Assembly (NCBI RefSeq): GCF_947568905.1
Contig: NC_079166.1
Coordinates: forward strand, 91,946,001 to 92,010,000
Source: Ostrea edulis
Lineage: Eukaryota
Direction of reading: 5' to 3'
Length of the DNA stretch: 64,000 bases
Shown: one piece after another, positions 49,068 to 61,562 of the stretch
How the letters are laid out: each line of letters opens with the position of its first letter
Position numbering within the stretch: the first letter of the stretch is position 1
The notes under the pieces: model-generated
Told to the model about the DNA's origin: nothing
Databases searched by the model: none
What the model saw: only the letters and a program-made list of their open reading frames with translations
Made by a program: the position numbers and the translations under genes

Positions 49068-52015
49068 TTAAAAGGGCCCTGAATAGTAAGACAATCTATT
49101 TCAAAGATTACTTTTATACAAGAGAAGAGCATTAAAGAATAGGTTAAAAAAAAAAGGGAAAGAAGGACAGAAGAATAAAAACACTCTCTGCATTACTACA
49201 TATCCATGAAAAAAGTACAATTGGTGGTAATAAAAATTATTTCAAGACAAAGATAGAAAAATAATCTCACAAGATGAAAGTGTTGCTGCCGTTGTTATGC
49301 TTGGTGTTGGAGTAGTCGGTCCTGCAATAGATAATCATACAAAGTTTGTTTGCTTTATAAACTATGACTAATCTGATTACTATGACTAAACTGATCAAAC
49401 TATGAGTAATGATTAAACAGATTAATCCATGTCTAAACTGATCAACCTAAGACTAAACTGACAAATTATTAAGACATTACAAGACATTACCATTATATTA
49501 TATCGCGTATCGTGCATTGACCCATCACAATACCTAGATAAGTCATGAGGGCACTCCCATCGCAGCCAGAAGGTCACATGTTCGATTTTCAAATGCAGCG
49601 TTAAATCATTTCAACATTTTAATACTGGTAATGACTATTACGACAAGGGGCCAATGTTAGGAGTGAAAGTCACCGTCTGTTTCAGATATGACCTTCAAAA
49701 CGGAGAATTTGTGTCACATTAAGTGTTGATATGTTAAATAACTCCCACTGTTACGGCCCAATACACAAAGCAAAAGTGAAAATATGTAGTGCTTCTCCTA
49801 GAGCTTTCAATGTCTCCACGTAAGGGAGTCATCTTCAAACCACGATGTAAGTTCCATGTAAAGATGAACAAGTGAAGTTAACAAGTAGTAATAAATCTCA
49901 TAATTCCTATTAAAGATACAAAATTACGAGTTGGGCAAATGCGGAACCCTTGGATATACCAGATCTGATATGAGCTATCCAGGAGGAGTAAGCACCCTCT
50001 GTTAACCGATCACTTCCGCCGTGAACTTTATGTCTTGATCTTGCATTAATTATGAGAACATTTCGACCCTCGAATTTTTTAACCTTGAGGTTTATAAAGG
50101 GACACAAACTTCAATTCATTTGAATGTGTGTCATTGCTTTGCCGCAACCACTACTGTGTCAGTGATATCTGGTGTTACGAGCTGTGAAACAATACTTAAT
50201 ATATTTTCTTATGATTATTCTATGAGCAAGGAGAATAAAGATTCACCGCCGTGTTATGACTTAGGTGATTCTGATGAAGTAGGCGTGTAATGACGTACGT
50301 GATGTTGATGAAGTAGGCGTGTAATGACGTACGTGATGTTGATGAAGTAGGCGTGTAATGACGTACGTAATTTTGATGAAGTAGACGTGTAATGACTTAG
50401 GTGATTCTGATGAAGTAGGCGTGTAATGACTTGGGTGATTCTGATGAAGTAGGCGTGTAATGACGTAGGTGATTCTGATGAAGTAGGCGTGTAATGACTT
50501 AAGTGATTCTGATGGAGTAGGCGTGTAATGACTTAGGTGATTCTGATGAAGTAGGCGTGTAATGACGTAGGTGATTTTGATGGAGTAGCCGTGTAACGAC
50601 TTAGGTGATTCTGATGAAGTAGGCGTGTAATGACTTAGGTGATTCTGATGAGGTAGGCGTGTAGTGGCTAAGGTGATTCTGATGAAGTAGGCGTGTAATG
50701 ACTTAAGTGATTCTGATGGAGTATGCGTGTAATGACTTGGGTGATTCTGATGAAGTAGGCGTGTAATGACGTAGATGATTCTGATGAAGTAGGCGTGTAA
50801 TGACTTAAGTGATTCTGATGAAGTAGGCGTGTAATGAAATAGGTGATTCTGATGAAGTAGGCGTGTAATGACGTAGGTGATTCTGATGAAGTAGGCGTGT
50901 AATGACTTAGGTGATTCTGATGAAGTAGGCGTGTAATGACGTACGTGATTTTGATGAAGTAGACGTGTAATGACTTAAGTGATTCTGATGGAGTATGATA
51001 ACCGCTTTGTAATATGACTTCAGATGAAGTAGCACTTTGTATGGTAAATGAATTGCATAGGATACTCAGCCTCAACAAAAGGGATAATAGGGTAAACATG
51101 ATATTGATGTTTTGCGATTTCTGAAGAGAGAACATCTTCTAAAAGATTTGTGAGTGAAATAATGAATAGGACATTGAAAACAAACCTTGAAAAACCCATA
51201 CACCAGAAGCTCCAAATCCCGTCGTAATGCCAATTTCTACATTAGACAATGCTGCATTGAGTCGATAGGTCAGCAATGGATCCTTTATACCGTTGTCTGT
51301 TTTCCCCACTCTTATCCGTCTGGTCGTCCAATCGATCCAAAATGTTTGGAACTCCCCACAGTCTAAAATGCGTCCTTTGTGTTCAGTCCTACATGATCCC
51401 TGAATTTCAGTCCGAAAACAAGATTTGGAGTTACTCCATCCACCCAGAACGATTTCTAGCGGTTTCCTTCCCGAGGATTTTAACGCTACGTGAGCGTCAT
51501 TGCAGGCTTGGACCTGGAAGCTAAGGTAGGTGGTGTTGGGAGTCGGAACACCGTCCCCCGTTAAATAGCGATAACTGTATCTGTCTGGTGTAGATATTCT
51601 GACTTCAGACGTTCTATAGCCCCTGTCTGTTGAAATATATTATACCTCCTTTGTATATATGTAGTGAAGAGATTTCAAAATATGAAATTGATATTGCAGT
51701 TTCTTCACATATTTTAATGAATTAATGATGATTGTTGAAGTATCATATAATTTTAAACATATTTCGAGTATTTTTATTTATTTATTTATTTTGCTCTTTC
51801 TTTGAATGACTTATTATTTTTATAATGAGTAACTTAACAACTACATGTAGCAATATCGATATACAAAGGAAATCTTAAAATAATCTTATCGTTCCAATTA
51901 TATGCAATCTGAAATTTATATACTGTAGCGTAGCGTTGATAATTCTAAACTTGTACTTACATAGCACAAATAGTATAAGTATCGGGAATATATTTTTCCT
52001 ACGAAAATCAATCAT
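45072..52015 (-). CDS. Type I membrane protein: signal peptide - FAMeT-like domain - Thr stalk - TM - Tyr-rich tail (cassette B model, 357 aa)
   Basis: Exons 52015-51961 (MIDFRRKNIFPILILFVL), 51626-51186 (441 nt, FQVQACNDAHVAL..EIVLGGWSN..FWIDW..GITTGFG), 49321-49271 (PTTPTPSITTAATLSS), 48129-47980 (TM, then WRKKF), 45448-45072. All GT/AG, all phase 1; joined frame open (1074 nt). Confidence 0.7.
45935..47650. repeat. Satellite, 28/31-bp unit, ~60 copies, in the intron between the TM and tail exons
   Basis: Unit gaacaagtgaatataacaaacagtgaat; the last unit reads aagtgaagataacgaacagtgat. Confidence 0.95.
48360..48545 (-). repeat. Penelope-like 3' fragment
   Basis: atgaaaaggtgaaaac...gagttgggcaaacacggacc...ccagaggtgggatcagg...tcgaccggtcacacccg. 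Confidence 0.8.
49540..49775 (+). mobile_element. Degenerate tRNA-derived SINE
   Basis: ggtcacatgttcga head and cagatatgaccttcaaaacggag...cactgttacggccc body similar to 57730-58000. Confidence 0.5.
49865..50040 (-). repeat. Penelope-like 3' fragment
   Basis: gaacaagtgaagttaac...gagttgggcaaatgcggaacccttggatataccag...aggaggagtaagcaccctctg. Confidence 0.75.
50250..51000. repeat. Minisatellite, 34-bp unit, ~21 copies
   Basis: Unit gtaggcgtgtaatgacttaggtgattctgatgaa. Confidence 0.95.
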
Positions 52016-52574
52016 ATCTCTAACTGGTTGTCTCGAAAGTTCGAAAATATTGAGAAATAAACATTCCGACTTGTTGACATTGTTCGACTGGTTTTGTGCA
52101 ATGATTACGACAAGGTCCGGCTTCGTCATCCGTAACTCTCATCACTTAAGAGTCAGTTCGACTGACAACGTCCGGGATTAGATGAATAATATCACTACTC
52201 TTATACTCTTAATATATCAAAGTATCACTAATTCAAATAAATATTTCGTGATAGAAAATATACATATTTATTACAAAAACGTCTGTGTATTGTCTGTCTT
52301 CAATCCGGCATAAATCTTTTCTTGAGATTCCTTACACCAGCCGCAGGAAAACAATACACTAAAGGGATTATCAGCCTTATCTGGTAGATAGCACATTTCA
52401 GGGTTAAACACGGATATAACGTAGATAGCGGAAGTCCAATTTTAATCGTCGTACTCGGTTTGAATTCATGCGAAACAAAGACAATCGTTTTAATCACTGG
52501 GGAGGTCTTTACGAAATGCATCGTTTCAATAATATTCTCTGTGTTCACTAACCTAAAAGATGCATGTCTCCAAT

Positions 52575-54100
52575 CGTGCTGTTTAGCTCTAATTGAATGA
52601 TAGAACAATCCCATAAATCGATCCCAGTTCAGACCTACAATATCAGATGTTGTGCTTTGTTTATTCCACACAACGGGTAAATATCAAACTTTAATCTATG
52701 TCCGGTATATCAGATGTTATGCTTTGTTTATTCCACACAACGGGTAAATATCAAACTTTAATCTATGTCCGGTATATCAGATGTTATGCTTTGTTTATCC
52801 CACGTACACAACGGGTAAATATCAAACTTTAATCTATGTCCGGTATATCAGATGTTATGCTTTGTTTATTCCACGTACACAACGGGTAAATATCAAACTT
52901 TAATCTATGTCCCGTATATCAGATGTTATGCTTTGTTTATCCCACGTACACAACGGGTAAATATCAAACTTTAATTTATGTCCGGTATACCAGATGTTAT
53001 GCTTTGTTTATTCCACACAACGGGTAAATATCAAACTTTAATCTATGTCCGGTATATCAGATGTTATGCTTTGTTTATTCCACACAACGGGTAAATATCA
53101 AACTTTAATCTATGTCCGGTATATCAGATGTTATGCTTTGTTTATCCCACGTACACAACGGGTAAATATCAAACTTTAATTTATGTCCGGTATACCAGAT
53201 GTTATGCTTTGTTTATTCCACACAACGGGTAAATATCAAACTTTAATCTATGTCCGGTATATCAGATGTTATGCTTTGTTTATCCCACGTACACAACGGG
53301 TAAATATCAAACTTTAATCTATGTCCGGTATATCAGATGTTATGCTTTGTTTATTCCACACAACGGGTAAATATCAAACTTTAATCTATGTCCGGTATAT
53401 CAGATGTTATGCTTTGTTTATTCCACACAACGGGTAAATATCAAACTTTAATCTATGTCCGGTATATCAGATGTTATGCTTTGTTTATCCCACGTACACA
53501 ACGGGTAAATATCAAACTTTAATCTATGTCCGGTATATCAGATGTTATGCTTTGTTTATCCCACGTACACAACGGGTAAATATCAAACTTTAATCTATGT
53601 CCGGTATATCAGATGTTATGCTTTGTTTATCCCACGTACACAACGGGTAAATATCAAACTTTAATCTATGTCCGGTATATCAGATGTTATGCTTTGTTTA
53701 TTCCACACAACGGGTAAATATCAAACTTTAATCTATGTCCGGTATATTAGATGTTATGCTTTGTTTATCCCACGTACACAACGGGTAAATATCAAACTTT
53801 AATCTATGTCCGGTATATCAGATGTTATGCTTTGTTTATTCCACGTACACAACGGGTAAATATCAAACTTTAATCTATGTCCGGTATATCAGATGTTATG
53901 CTTTGTTTATCCCACGTACACAACGGGTAAATATCAAACTTTAATCTATGTCCGGTATATCAGATGTTATGCTTTGTTTATCCCACGTACACAACGGGTA
54001 AATATCAAACTTTAATCTATGTCCGGTATATCACATGTTATGCTTTGTTTATCCCACGTACACAACGGGTAAATATCAAACTTTAATCTATGTCCGGTAT
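52575..54100. repeat. Satellite with mixed 67- and 71-bp units, ~22 copies
   Basis: Unit atatcagatgttatgctttgtttattccac(gtac)acaacgggtaaatatcaaactttaatctatgtccggt. Confidence 0.95.
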
Positions 54101-54399
54101 AAGCAAAATTGGACAAAGATGATGTATATGCTGTATGCGTAAATTAGTATGAAACACATTGTAGGTTCAGTAAAGGTGATTATGACTTATATTTAATCAT
54201 ATTTGACATGTAAGTTATTCACGATAATTAAGGTCTTCTCACAGTGTTCTCCATAGTATTTGCAGTCATAATATATTAACATATAAAGCTATTAATCTAT
54301 AAAACTGTTTTGAAAATTGTAGAAGTTGACTGGACATGTTTACGGTGAATTCAAAATAAGAGACCACATGTAGTATATACATGTATAGTAATGGCTTGC

Positions 54400-55080
54400 A
54401 TGCAAGGTGAATATAACGAACAATGATCAATCTCATAACTCCTATAAGCAATACAACATAGAGAGTTGGGCAAACACGGACACACCAAGGGTGGGATCAG
54501 GGTCCTAGGAGAAAGCATCCCCTGTCGAACGATCACACCCGCCGTGAGCCCCATATCTTGATCAGGTAAACGGAGTCATCGGCAGTCAAAATCAGTGTGC
54601 CGAGAACGGCCTAAGAATTGGTACGAAACACGTCAGACAGCATTTATATCTTAGTTCGAGGTTCATTCACTTTGCAAGCATGATAATTCATAGGCTATTA
54701 AGGTGAATCAAAATTATTTGAAATAATACACAGGTGTTTCTCTGTAATTTCTTAGTGGGATCATTAGATTAATATTGTCTTTTTATACGTTTTAGAAAAA
54801 CAGGACTTTGCCAATGGCATCCTCTGAAAGTAAAATGTATAACTATGACGTGTTTTATACCGATTGTTAGACCGTTCTTGACACTCTGATTTTGACTATG
54901 GATAACTCCGCTTAGTTGATCAAGATATAGGGTTTATGGCGGGTGTGATCGGTCAACAGGGGATACTGACTCCTCCTAGGCTCCGATATATACAGGGGTC
55001 AGTGTTTGCCCAACCCTCTATTTTGTATTCCCTATTCGATTTATGAGATTGATCCATGTTCGTTATTTTCACCTTTCATG
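54400..55080. repeat. Two Penelope-like 3' fragments in opposite orientations (54400-54650, 54850-55080)
   Basis: Both match the family consensus. Confidence 0.75.
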
Positions 55081-55535
55081 GTATCGTTATGCATCTTGAT
55101 TAACATAACACATGGCCGTCAGGTTTAGAAATGAATTCACGATTCAGATTTTCTCTGGTGAGTATACAGAATGTATTTACGTGATGTGTTTGAACGTTAG
55201 TTGTTTTGCCACCATCACTACCACATGTGTGTTTCCTGGTATCACACGTAATAGAAAGACTGAATATTTTTCTTCGTGTAAATCTACGTACAACAAAACA
55301 AAATCATCAAGTATATTTCAAAATGTACAACCAGGTTTTGTAACTGACGAAGTAGCAGTGGCCTCAAATAAATTCTTAAATATGCTCGGCCATGGATCCA
55401 CGCGATGGGAGTATTGAAGTTCACATTATCTTAGCGACGCTTTGCAATTTCTGTAAAGGGACTACATCTTCTAAAAAAAAAATGAAATAATTCATGTCTC
55501 TGTTCGATACTATGAAGAAAAGAAATACAGCAAAC

Positions 55536-56336
55536 CTTGAAAAATCCATATCCCAGAAGCCCCAAATCCCGTCGTAATGCCAATTTCTACATTAGACAAT
55601 AATGCTTTAAGTCGAAACTTCAGCAAAAGGTCCCTTGTACCATTGTTTATTTTCCCCACTCTTATTCGTCTGGTTTTCCAATTGATCCAAAATGTTTGGA
55701 ACTTTCCGCAATCTAAGATGCGTCCTTTGTGCTCAGTCCTACAGGACCCCTGAATTTTAGTCCGAAAACAGGATTTGGAGTTGCTCCATCCACCCAGAAC
55801 GATTTCTAGCGGTTTCCTTCCCGAGGATTTTAACGCTACGTGAGCGTCATTGCAGGCTTGGACCTGGAAGCTAAGGTAGGTGGTGTTGGGAGTCGGAACA
55901 CCGTCCCCCGTTAAATAGTGATAAATGTATCTGTCTGGTGTAGATATTCTGATTTTAGACGTCCCATACGTCATATCTGTTGAAATTTATCATAATCACT
56001 TTTTGTATATATTGAAAACAAATGTGCGAAATATAAACTCAACTTTTCTTTTGAAATTATGAATGTTGACCAAATCACAATGCTGTGGACATGATTCGAG
56101 AAGGCAAAATAATTCTTTGTTGTTCTTCCTTCTTTTCTTTTACGAATGCATTTATGAGTTGCTTTACTTGTACATATTGTTATACAATATCAAACGTATA
56201 TGTATTTGTCGCAATTTCTATTTATTTTGCATATCATTAAATTCTCAATACAGCGAAAAATAAATCTAAACTTGTACTTACATAACACAAATAGTATAAG
56301 TATAAAGAATATATTTTTCTCACGAAAATTAATCAT
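55536..56336 (-). CDS. Duplicated cassette A: signal-peptide exon + FAMeT-like domain exon
   Basis: Exons 56336-56282 (MINFREKNIFFILILFVL, T|gtaagt) and 55976-55536 (441 nt, phase 1-1); same lengths as cassette B, about 22 of 147 residues differ. Confidence 0.8.
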
Positions 56337-57189
56337 ATCTCCAACTGGTTGTATCGAAAGCTCGAAAACATTTAGAAATAAACAGACTTGTTGACATTGT
56401 TTTGTTGAATTAGTGAAATCATTGCGATGAAATCCGTAACTTTCGTCACTTGAGAGTGAGTTCCAGGATGAAATTGATAATATCACTACTATCGGTGTAT
56501 CAATTGATGACTAATTCAAATAATTACAAGTCATGAAAATGCAGTGTGTACATGTAGTCGTGTAAATCAGTATGTGTTTGCTCTCTACACTGTATAATCA
56601 TTAGTCTGAGATTCCGTAAATTCTAGTATCGCCATAGTGCTCTAATTCACAAATACAAGCTATCACTTGGTCGAATGCTACTTAACCTGTTTTATACAAA
56701 TTATTGCAAGGTTCTTTACTAACTGCATGTTACTACGGATTACTCAATTTACCTTATCAAGATATATAGCTCACGGTGGGGATGCTGATCATTCTGTATC
56801 TGTGTAAAATTTCTCTCACGCTTTACCGCTCCATTGACCACATATTTCTTTTATTGTCGTTACAAATTTCCTAATTTTGCATTTTGCTTTAATTGTTTTG
56901 GCAAAATGTTTGGGGCGGTGGTCCCGCCGCTCCTTTACCAACACCCTTGCCTTTTACCTACTGCCACTGTTCAGTGTTAAGCTGTGTATGTTTAAACATG
57001 ATTGTCAAATGTTTGTCCAATGATTATTATTTTTCTCTGATATTACATATACGCCTACAATTTTAATATATAGTATGCACTACTGTAATTTTGATGCTAC
57101 ATTGTGACCATGAAATCACCCGTGGTGTGCATAGACAGTTAAAATAAGAAAGTCAATCGTGTGTACACAACAACTCGGCACAAGTGAAA

Positions 57190-57530
57190 GATGAGAGAGG
57201 CTGCCGACAAGCACGTTGATGTTACAGGGGCTTCAACAGTCTCGTTTAAAGTCAGCATTTCGCAAACCATGGATCCAAAAACCTACTACTGGGATCATGA
57301 AAACAGTTTTGCTAAAAGGCTACATTCTTCGAAATGTCTATTTATTTTGTTTAATCGAACATGATATAGGGTTGACTGCGGGTATGACCTGTCAACAGGG
57401 GATAATTACTCCTTAAAGTCCATGATCTCAGATCTGCTGTTTCAGGGACTTGTGTTTGCTCTTTTGTCAACTCTATATTTTTTATAGCATGGTCAGATTG
57501 ATCACTGTTCGTTATCTTCACTTTTTATGT
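57190..57530 (+). mobile_element. Penelope-like fragment including the RT-ORF end
   Basis: LMLQGLQQSRLKSAFRK followed by the family 3' region ending gatcactgttcgttatcttcactttt; links the dispersed repeat to an RT ORF. Confidence 0.65.
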
Positions 57531-57729
57531 ACATTTGATTCACCACACATCGTGGTCTTCTCACGCCGTATTAAATCCCTGATTATCATGTGGTAAGAAC
57601 CGATAATGCACCACGGACAGTCATCATGTAATGGGAATTCATCTATCCAGTTCCAATAAAGTAAGCATTCGTCATGTGTGTTTCTTGATGTACGATCAGA
57701 AAGTCCTCAGTTGGCTGAGAATCAACATA

Positions 57730-58000
57730 CCGAATTGGCATTGGATCTGTGATAGAGCTTTGGTTTCGTGACTTGCCCGAGAGGTCGTGAGATAAAATCC
57801 CACTCGAGCCATGACTATGTCAAACCTACTAAGACGTCAAAGAAGAGTAGTGAATGAGCTTTCAAAGATTCGTCAATTAGAAGTGAGATTCGCGGGTCTT
57901 TTGGATACGACTTCTAGTCGAAGGATCCTTGACGTGACAAGTGTCGTTACAATAAGAAACATCCCTGCCACGGCCCTGAGCGCTAAGCATAGGTCTAACT
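57730..58000 (+). mobile_element. tRNA-derived SINE with conserved central domain
   Basis: ggtcgtgaga..cccactcgagcc head; attagaagtgagattcgcgggtcttttggatacgac...ccctgccacggccctgagcgctaagcatagg body. Confidence 0.55.
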
Positions 58001-59771
58001 TTGTGGTACTTACAGCTGGAGACGTCTCAATATGAGTGGCACATTACCGAAAGGACGTAGAACAAAAGCAATCATTTCTTTATTTTTCTTGAAAATGTCA
58101 AAAAATGGAGAGAATCAAGATACATTTCTAATTGCAAGAATGAATATGGAAAGAAGCATAGTTTGTTGATTATACAGTATTAAATCAAATTATCATGTGC
58201 TTTATGAAATACACATTTATTCCACTTTGACTAACCTGTCATTTCAATGTCAATATTACAAGAGTTATACCGGTATTCAGATGCATTTTCTCTTTGATAA
58301 CTTTATTCCTATTTCTTTGAAATCACATCTTTGTGCAGGCATCGCAATGATTGAAAATATTCGTCCTCTGTTGCATTTGACTTAAGGGGTAGATACGTCA
58401 TCGCTGAAATATGCCACTATCCCAGATTTCTCTGATATACAAAGGGGCTTTACTAATGAAATAGAACACGTAAAAAATTGCATGTTTCTTTATTTCAAAA
58501 TTGTAACGAAAAATGCATAATTTGTTTGAAATATAATTATTGTAGCAAAATATCACGTCCTCTGTGAAGGTTCGATATGGATTTTATGCATATTCCATAC
58601 AGCGTCAAATATCTACTTTGAAATAAGTTTATGCGATATTTGAAGTGTATGTTAATGCATTATTAGTGTTATTATTGTTAATACATGTACTGGAAATATT
58701 ATGAAACACATTGTGTGTCTATATTCTAGCTTCATAGTCTGACACATGCAATGACTTGTAAGTATTTCCGGAATTCGCTTGTTGTGCATTCATCATTTGT
58801 ATTAATTGCCAAAGGTTCTCTGCTAACCGAAAAGATATGTGATTGAAGGTCCTCGCTGTGAATGAAGGAAGAATTAAACGGTTTAAGGCCCGTTAAAGCC
58901 TACGATATGATATTTTTTTCTGTATAAAACCGTTCGAGGTATGTAATTATCGTGATATCAAGACGTTCAATTTTCATCTGTGTCCGGCATCAGTACAAAC
59001 AAGATAGATACGATACACTCACTGTGGTCTTTAAATGAAGTGTGTAAACAGTATCATATGTAAAGTAAACAGTCATATTGAAGTGGGCTTTAGTATGGCT
59101 GCATTAAAAACATCAAGGAATTCATAATATGCACTACCTTAGTTTCTGCGTTCAAATAGTGACAGTGTTTACTATAAAGATTTGGTTCAACAAATCTGAT
59201 ATGACTAGACAAACAATGTGTATTTCTGAAAGTTAAGGTAACTCCATACTCGCAGTTTTATCTGATACAAGTTTAAAAGGTGTATTTATTTCCATTCATT
59301 AGAGTTAAACCTAACAAATTATCAAATACGATACATAGGTCATCACACTTTTTAAGATGTGAGACGTACATAAACAGAATCATATATCACCGTCAGAACT
59401 TGCATTTTTCCTTAAACAGCGTTATTAAAATTTCATACAACTGGTTAAGACGATATGATAGCATTCATAAGAATTTCATGAAACTGTATCTTCACAAAAA
59501 TATACAAAAATAGCTGTAAAAAATAAAGGAAATATATCCCATTGTAGACTTGATAGAGAAATCAATAAAAACAGAGTTATTGCCCTTAGATTCAATATTT
59601 TAAAATGTATCATTGATTATTCATCTATAACTTAGACTTTTGGAATAGTTTATTTTTAACAAGATTTTTTACAATACCTATCGGAAAAGACTCCAACAAA
59701 ATGTATGATCCTATCATGCATAAATCTAAATTAATCATCACAGGAGGGTGGAATTACTTTAAATGATAATA

Positions 59772-61284
59772 TACTAGCGGAAAAAAGAAACTGTGTATTA
59801 TAAAATTTAGTATAATCTTTCTATATTTATTGTTTCTATTTATAAAATATATTCAGTCGATAAAGGTGATGTTTTTTTTAACAATATCGGATAGTACCCG
59901 ACTCAGATACACGTACTCTTTCATGGTTAGTGAACACATGTTGTTTATTGAAGTGTTCGTATGCACGATTTTTACTGGCCAATACTGTTTGGAGTAAGAA
60001 GTGTAAAAGGTTTGTTTGGACATTATTCGTTAAGGAAAGCACTTTAGTTTTGACAAAATTTACCTTTCTGTCACGCGACGACTCAGCGAAAACCAACGTA
60101 ATCATGCTGTTGGGATGCTTCAAGCTGAAATGGCACAACATATCGTAGCAAGACACATTGAAGTTCATCGGAACACCATCCAGTCATTATGGAGACGTTT
60201 CCGACCATCTGGTAACACTCGGGATCGACCACGTTCTGGGCATCCTCGTGTGACGTTGCGTAGACAAGACAACCACATCAGACTTGTGCACCTGAGAAAT
60301 CGTTTCAAAACAGCAAGTTTGACTGCTCGTAGCATTCCTGGACTTAGACCAATCAGTCCAAGAACTTTGCGTAATCGTCTGCGCGAGCACAACATCAGAC
60401 AAAGATGTCCAGCGGTGCGTCCAATACTGCTTCAACGTCATCGTATCGCTAGACTAGCGTGGTGCAGACGACATCTGCAATTCAGAATACAGGACTGGGC
60501 CAATATTCTGTTTACTGATGAATCCCCATCTTATTTGGATAGCAGTGAAGGCCGTTGTAGAGTGTATCGTCGCGTTGAGGAACGGTATCAGGACGCTTGT
60601 GTTGTGCAACGTCGACATTTCGGTGGAGGTAGCGTTATGGTGTGGGGTGGACTAACAACACGTGGAAGGACCCCTCTACAAATTGTCAATGGAAATCTCA
60701 CCGGCGTACGCTATCGAGACAACATTCGTCAGCGCCATGTGATACCCTTCATACAGAGACAACAAAATCACATCACTATGCAGCAAGACAACGCAAGGCC
60801 ACGTGTTGCACGTGTAGTCATTGACTTTTTTGTTCAACAAATTGTCGATGCCCTGCCTTGGCCAGCTGTTTCCCCCGATTTATCGCCGATCGAGCATGTC
60901 TGAGATGAAATGGAATGACGTCCGCGCTGTTTACCAAATCAGCCAGTTACATTGGCTGATTTGGGCCAGGCTTTAAACAACATCTGGAACAACATCCCTC
61001 AAGCATTTCTGAGCATTTTAGTGGCATCAATGAGGCGCAGTTGTCAAGCATGCGTGAATGCAAATGGTGGTCACACACATTATTAACTTTGTTAATTCAA
61101 GTTTGAATACCAGTATTTTTCGAGGGTGTTGAAATTGATGTTATTCGATGTTAACATTAATGAATTATGAAATGTTGTAACGAATACATTTGTTAACTGT
61201 ATTACAAAATGTCAGATTTGTTCATTGTCTTTTTTTATTATTTTTTCATATATTAAATAATGCAGTTTCTTTTTTTCGCTAGTA
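59772..61284 (+). mobile_element. Near full-length Tc1-like (DD34E) DNA transposon, inactivated
   Basis: TIRs TACTAGCG(G/A)AAAAAAGAAACTG with TA flanks; transposase ~60073-61086: FTDES, QQDNA-34aa-LSPIEH, ends GGHTHY*; probable ATG>ACG at 60073 and TGA at 60901 and ~60916. Confidence 0.9.
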
Positions 61285-61562
61285 TATATGACCTGACTTG
61301 CCTGTGGTCGCACAGCGGTCGCGGTCAGGTCACCGAGTGGACCCAGTCGAGGTATTTTATCAAGGGGACTAGTATTAATCCCTAAAATTACCTAAGCAAT
61401 GAAACAGAAATGTACAAACATTCACATTCAATGAAATAAAATAGGTTTTAAAAAACATCCGAATACAATATAACAAACTTACGCAAACATTAAAATGCAT
61501 CAAAGCTGAATTATAGAAAACACTCAGACACAATACTAGAGTTTTACTACAAATATTCAAAT

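Noticed and set aside
52030-52190. Hammerhead-like GATGA/GAA motifs upstream of signal exon B
   Set aside because: No CUGANGA core with closable stems; it is just homologous 5' sequence shared with cassette A.
52575-54100. CRISPR-like regular repeat
   Set aside because: Units are contiguous with no unique spacers, there are no cas genes, and the context is eukaryotic; the same applies to all other arrays.
55431-55450. Dedicated short terminal exons for secreted isoforms (EIAKRR* in A; 51120-51020 in B)
   Set aside because: AG acceptors exist 65-85 nt after each domain exon, but the encoded peptides are not conserved between A and B and I saw no poly(A) signal; kept only as a possibility.
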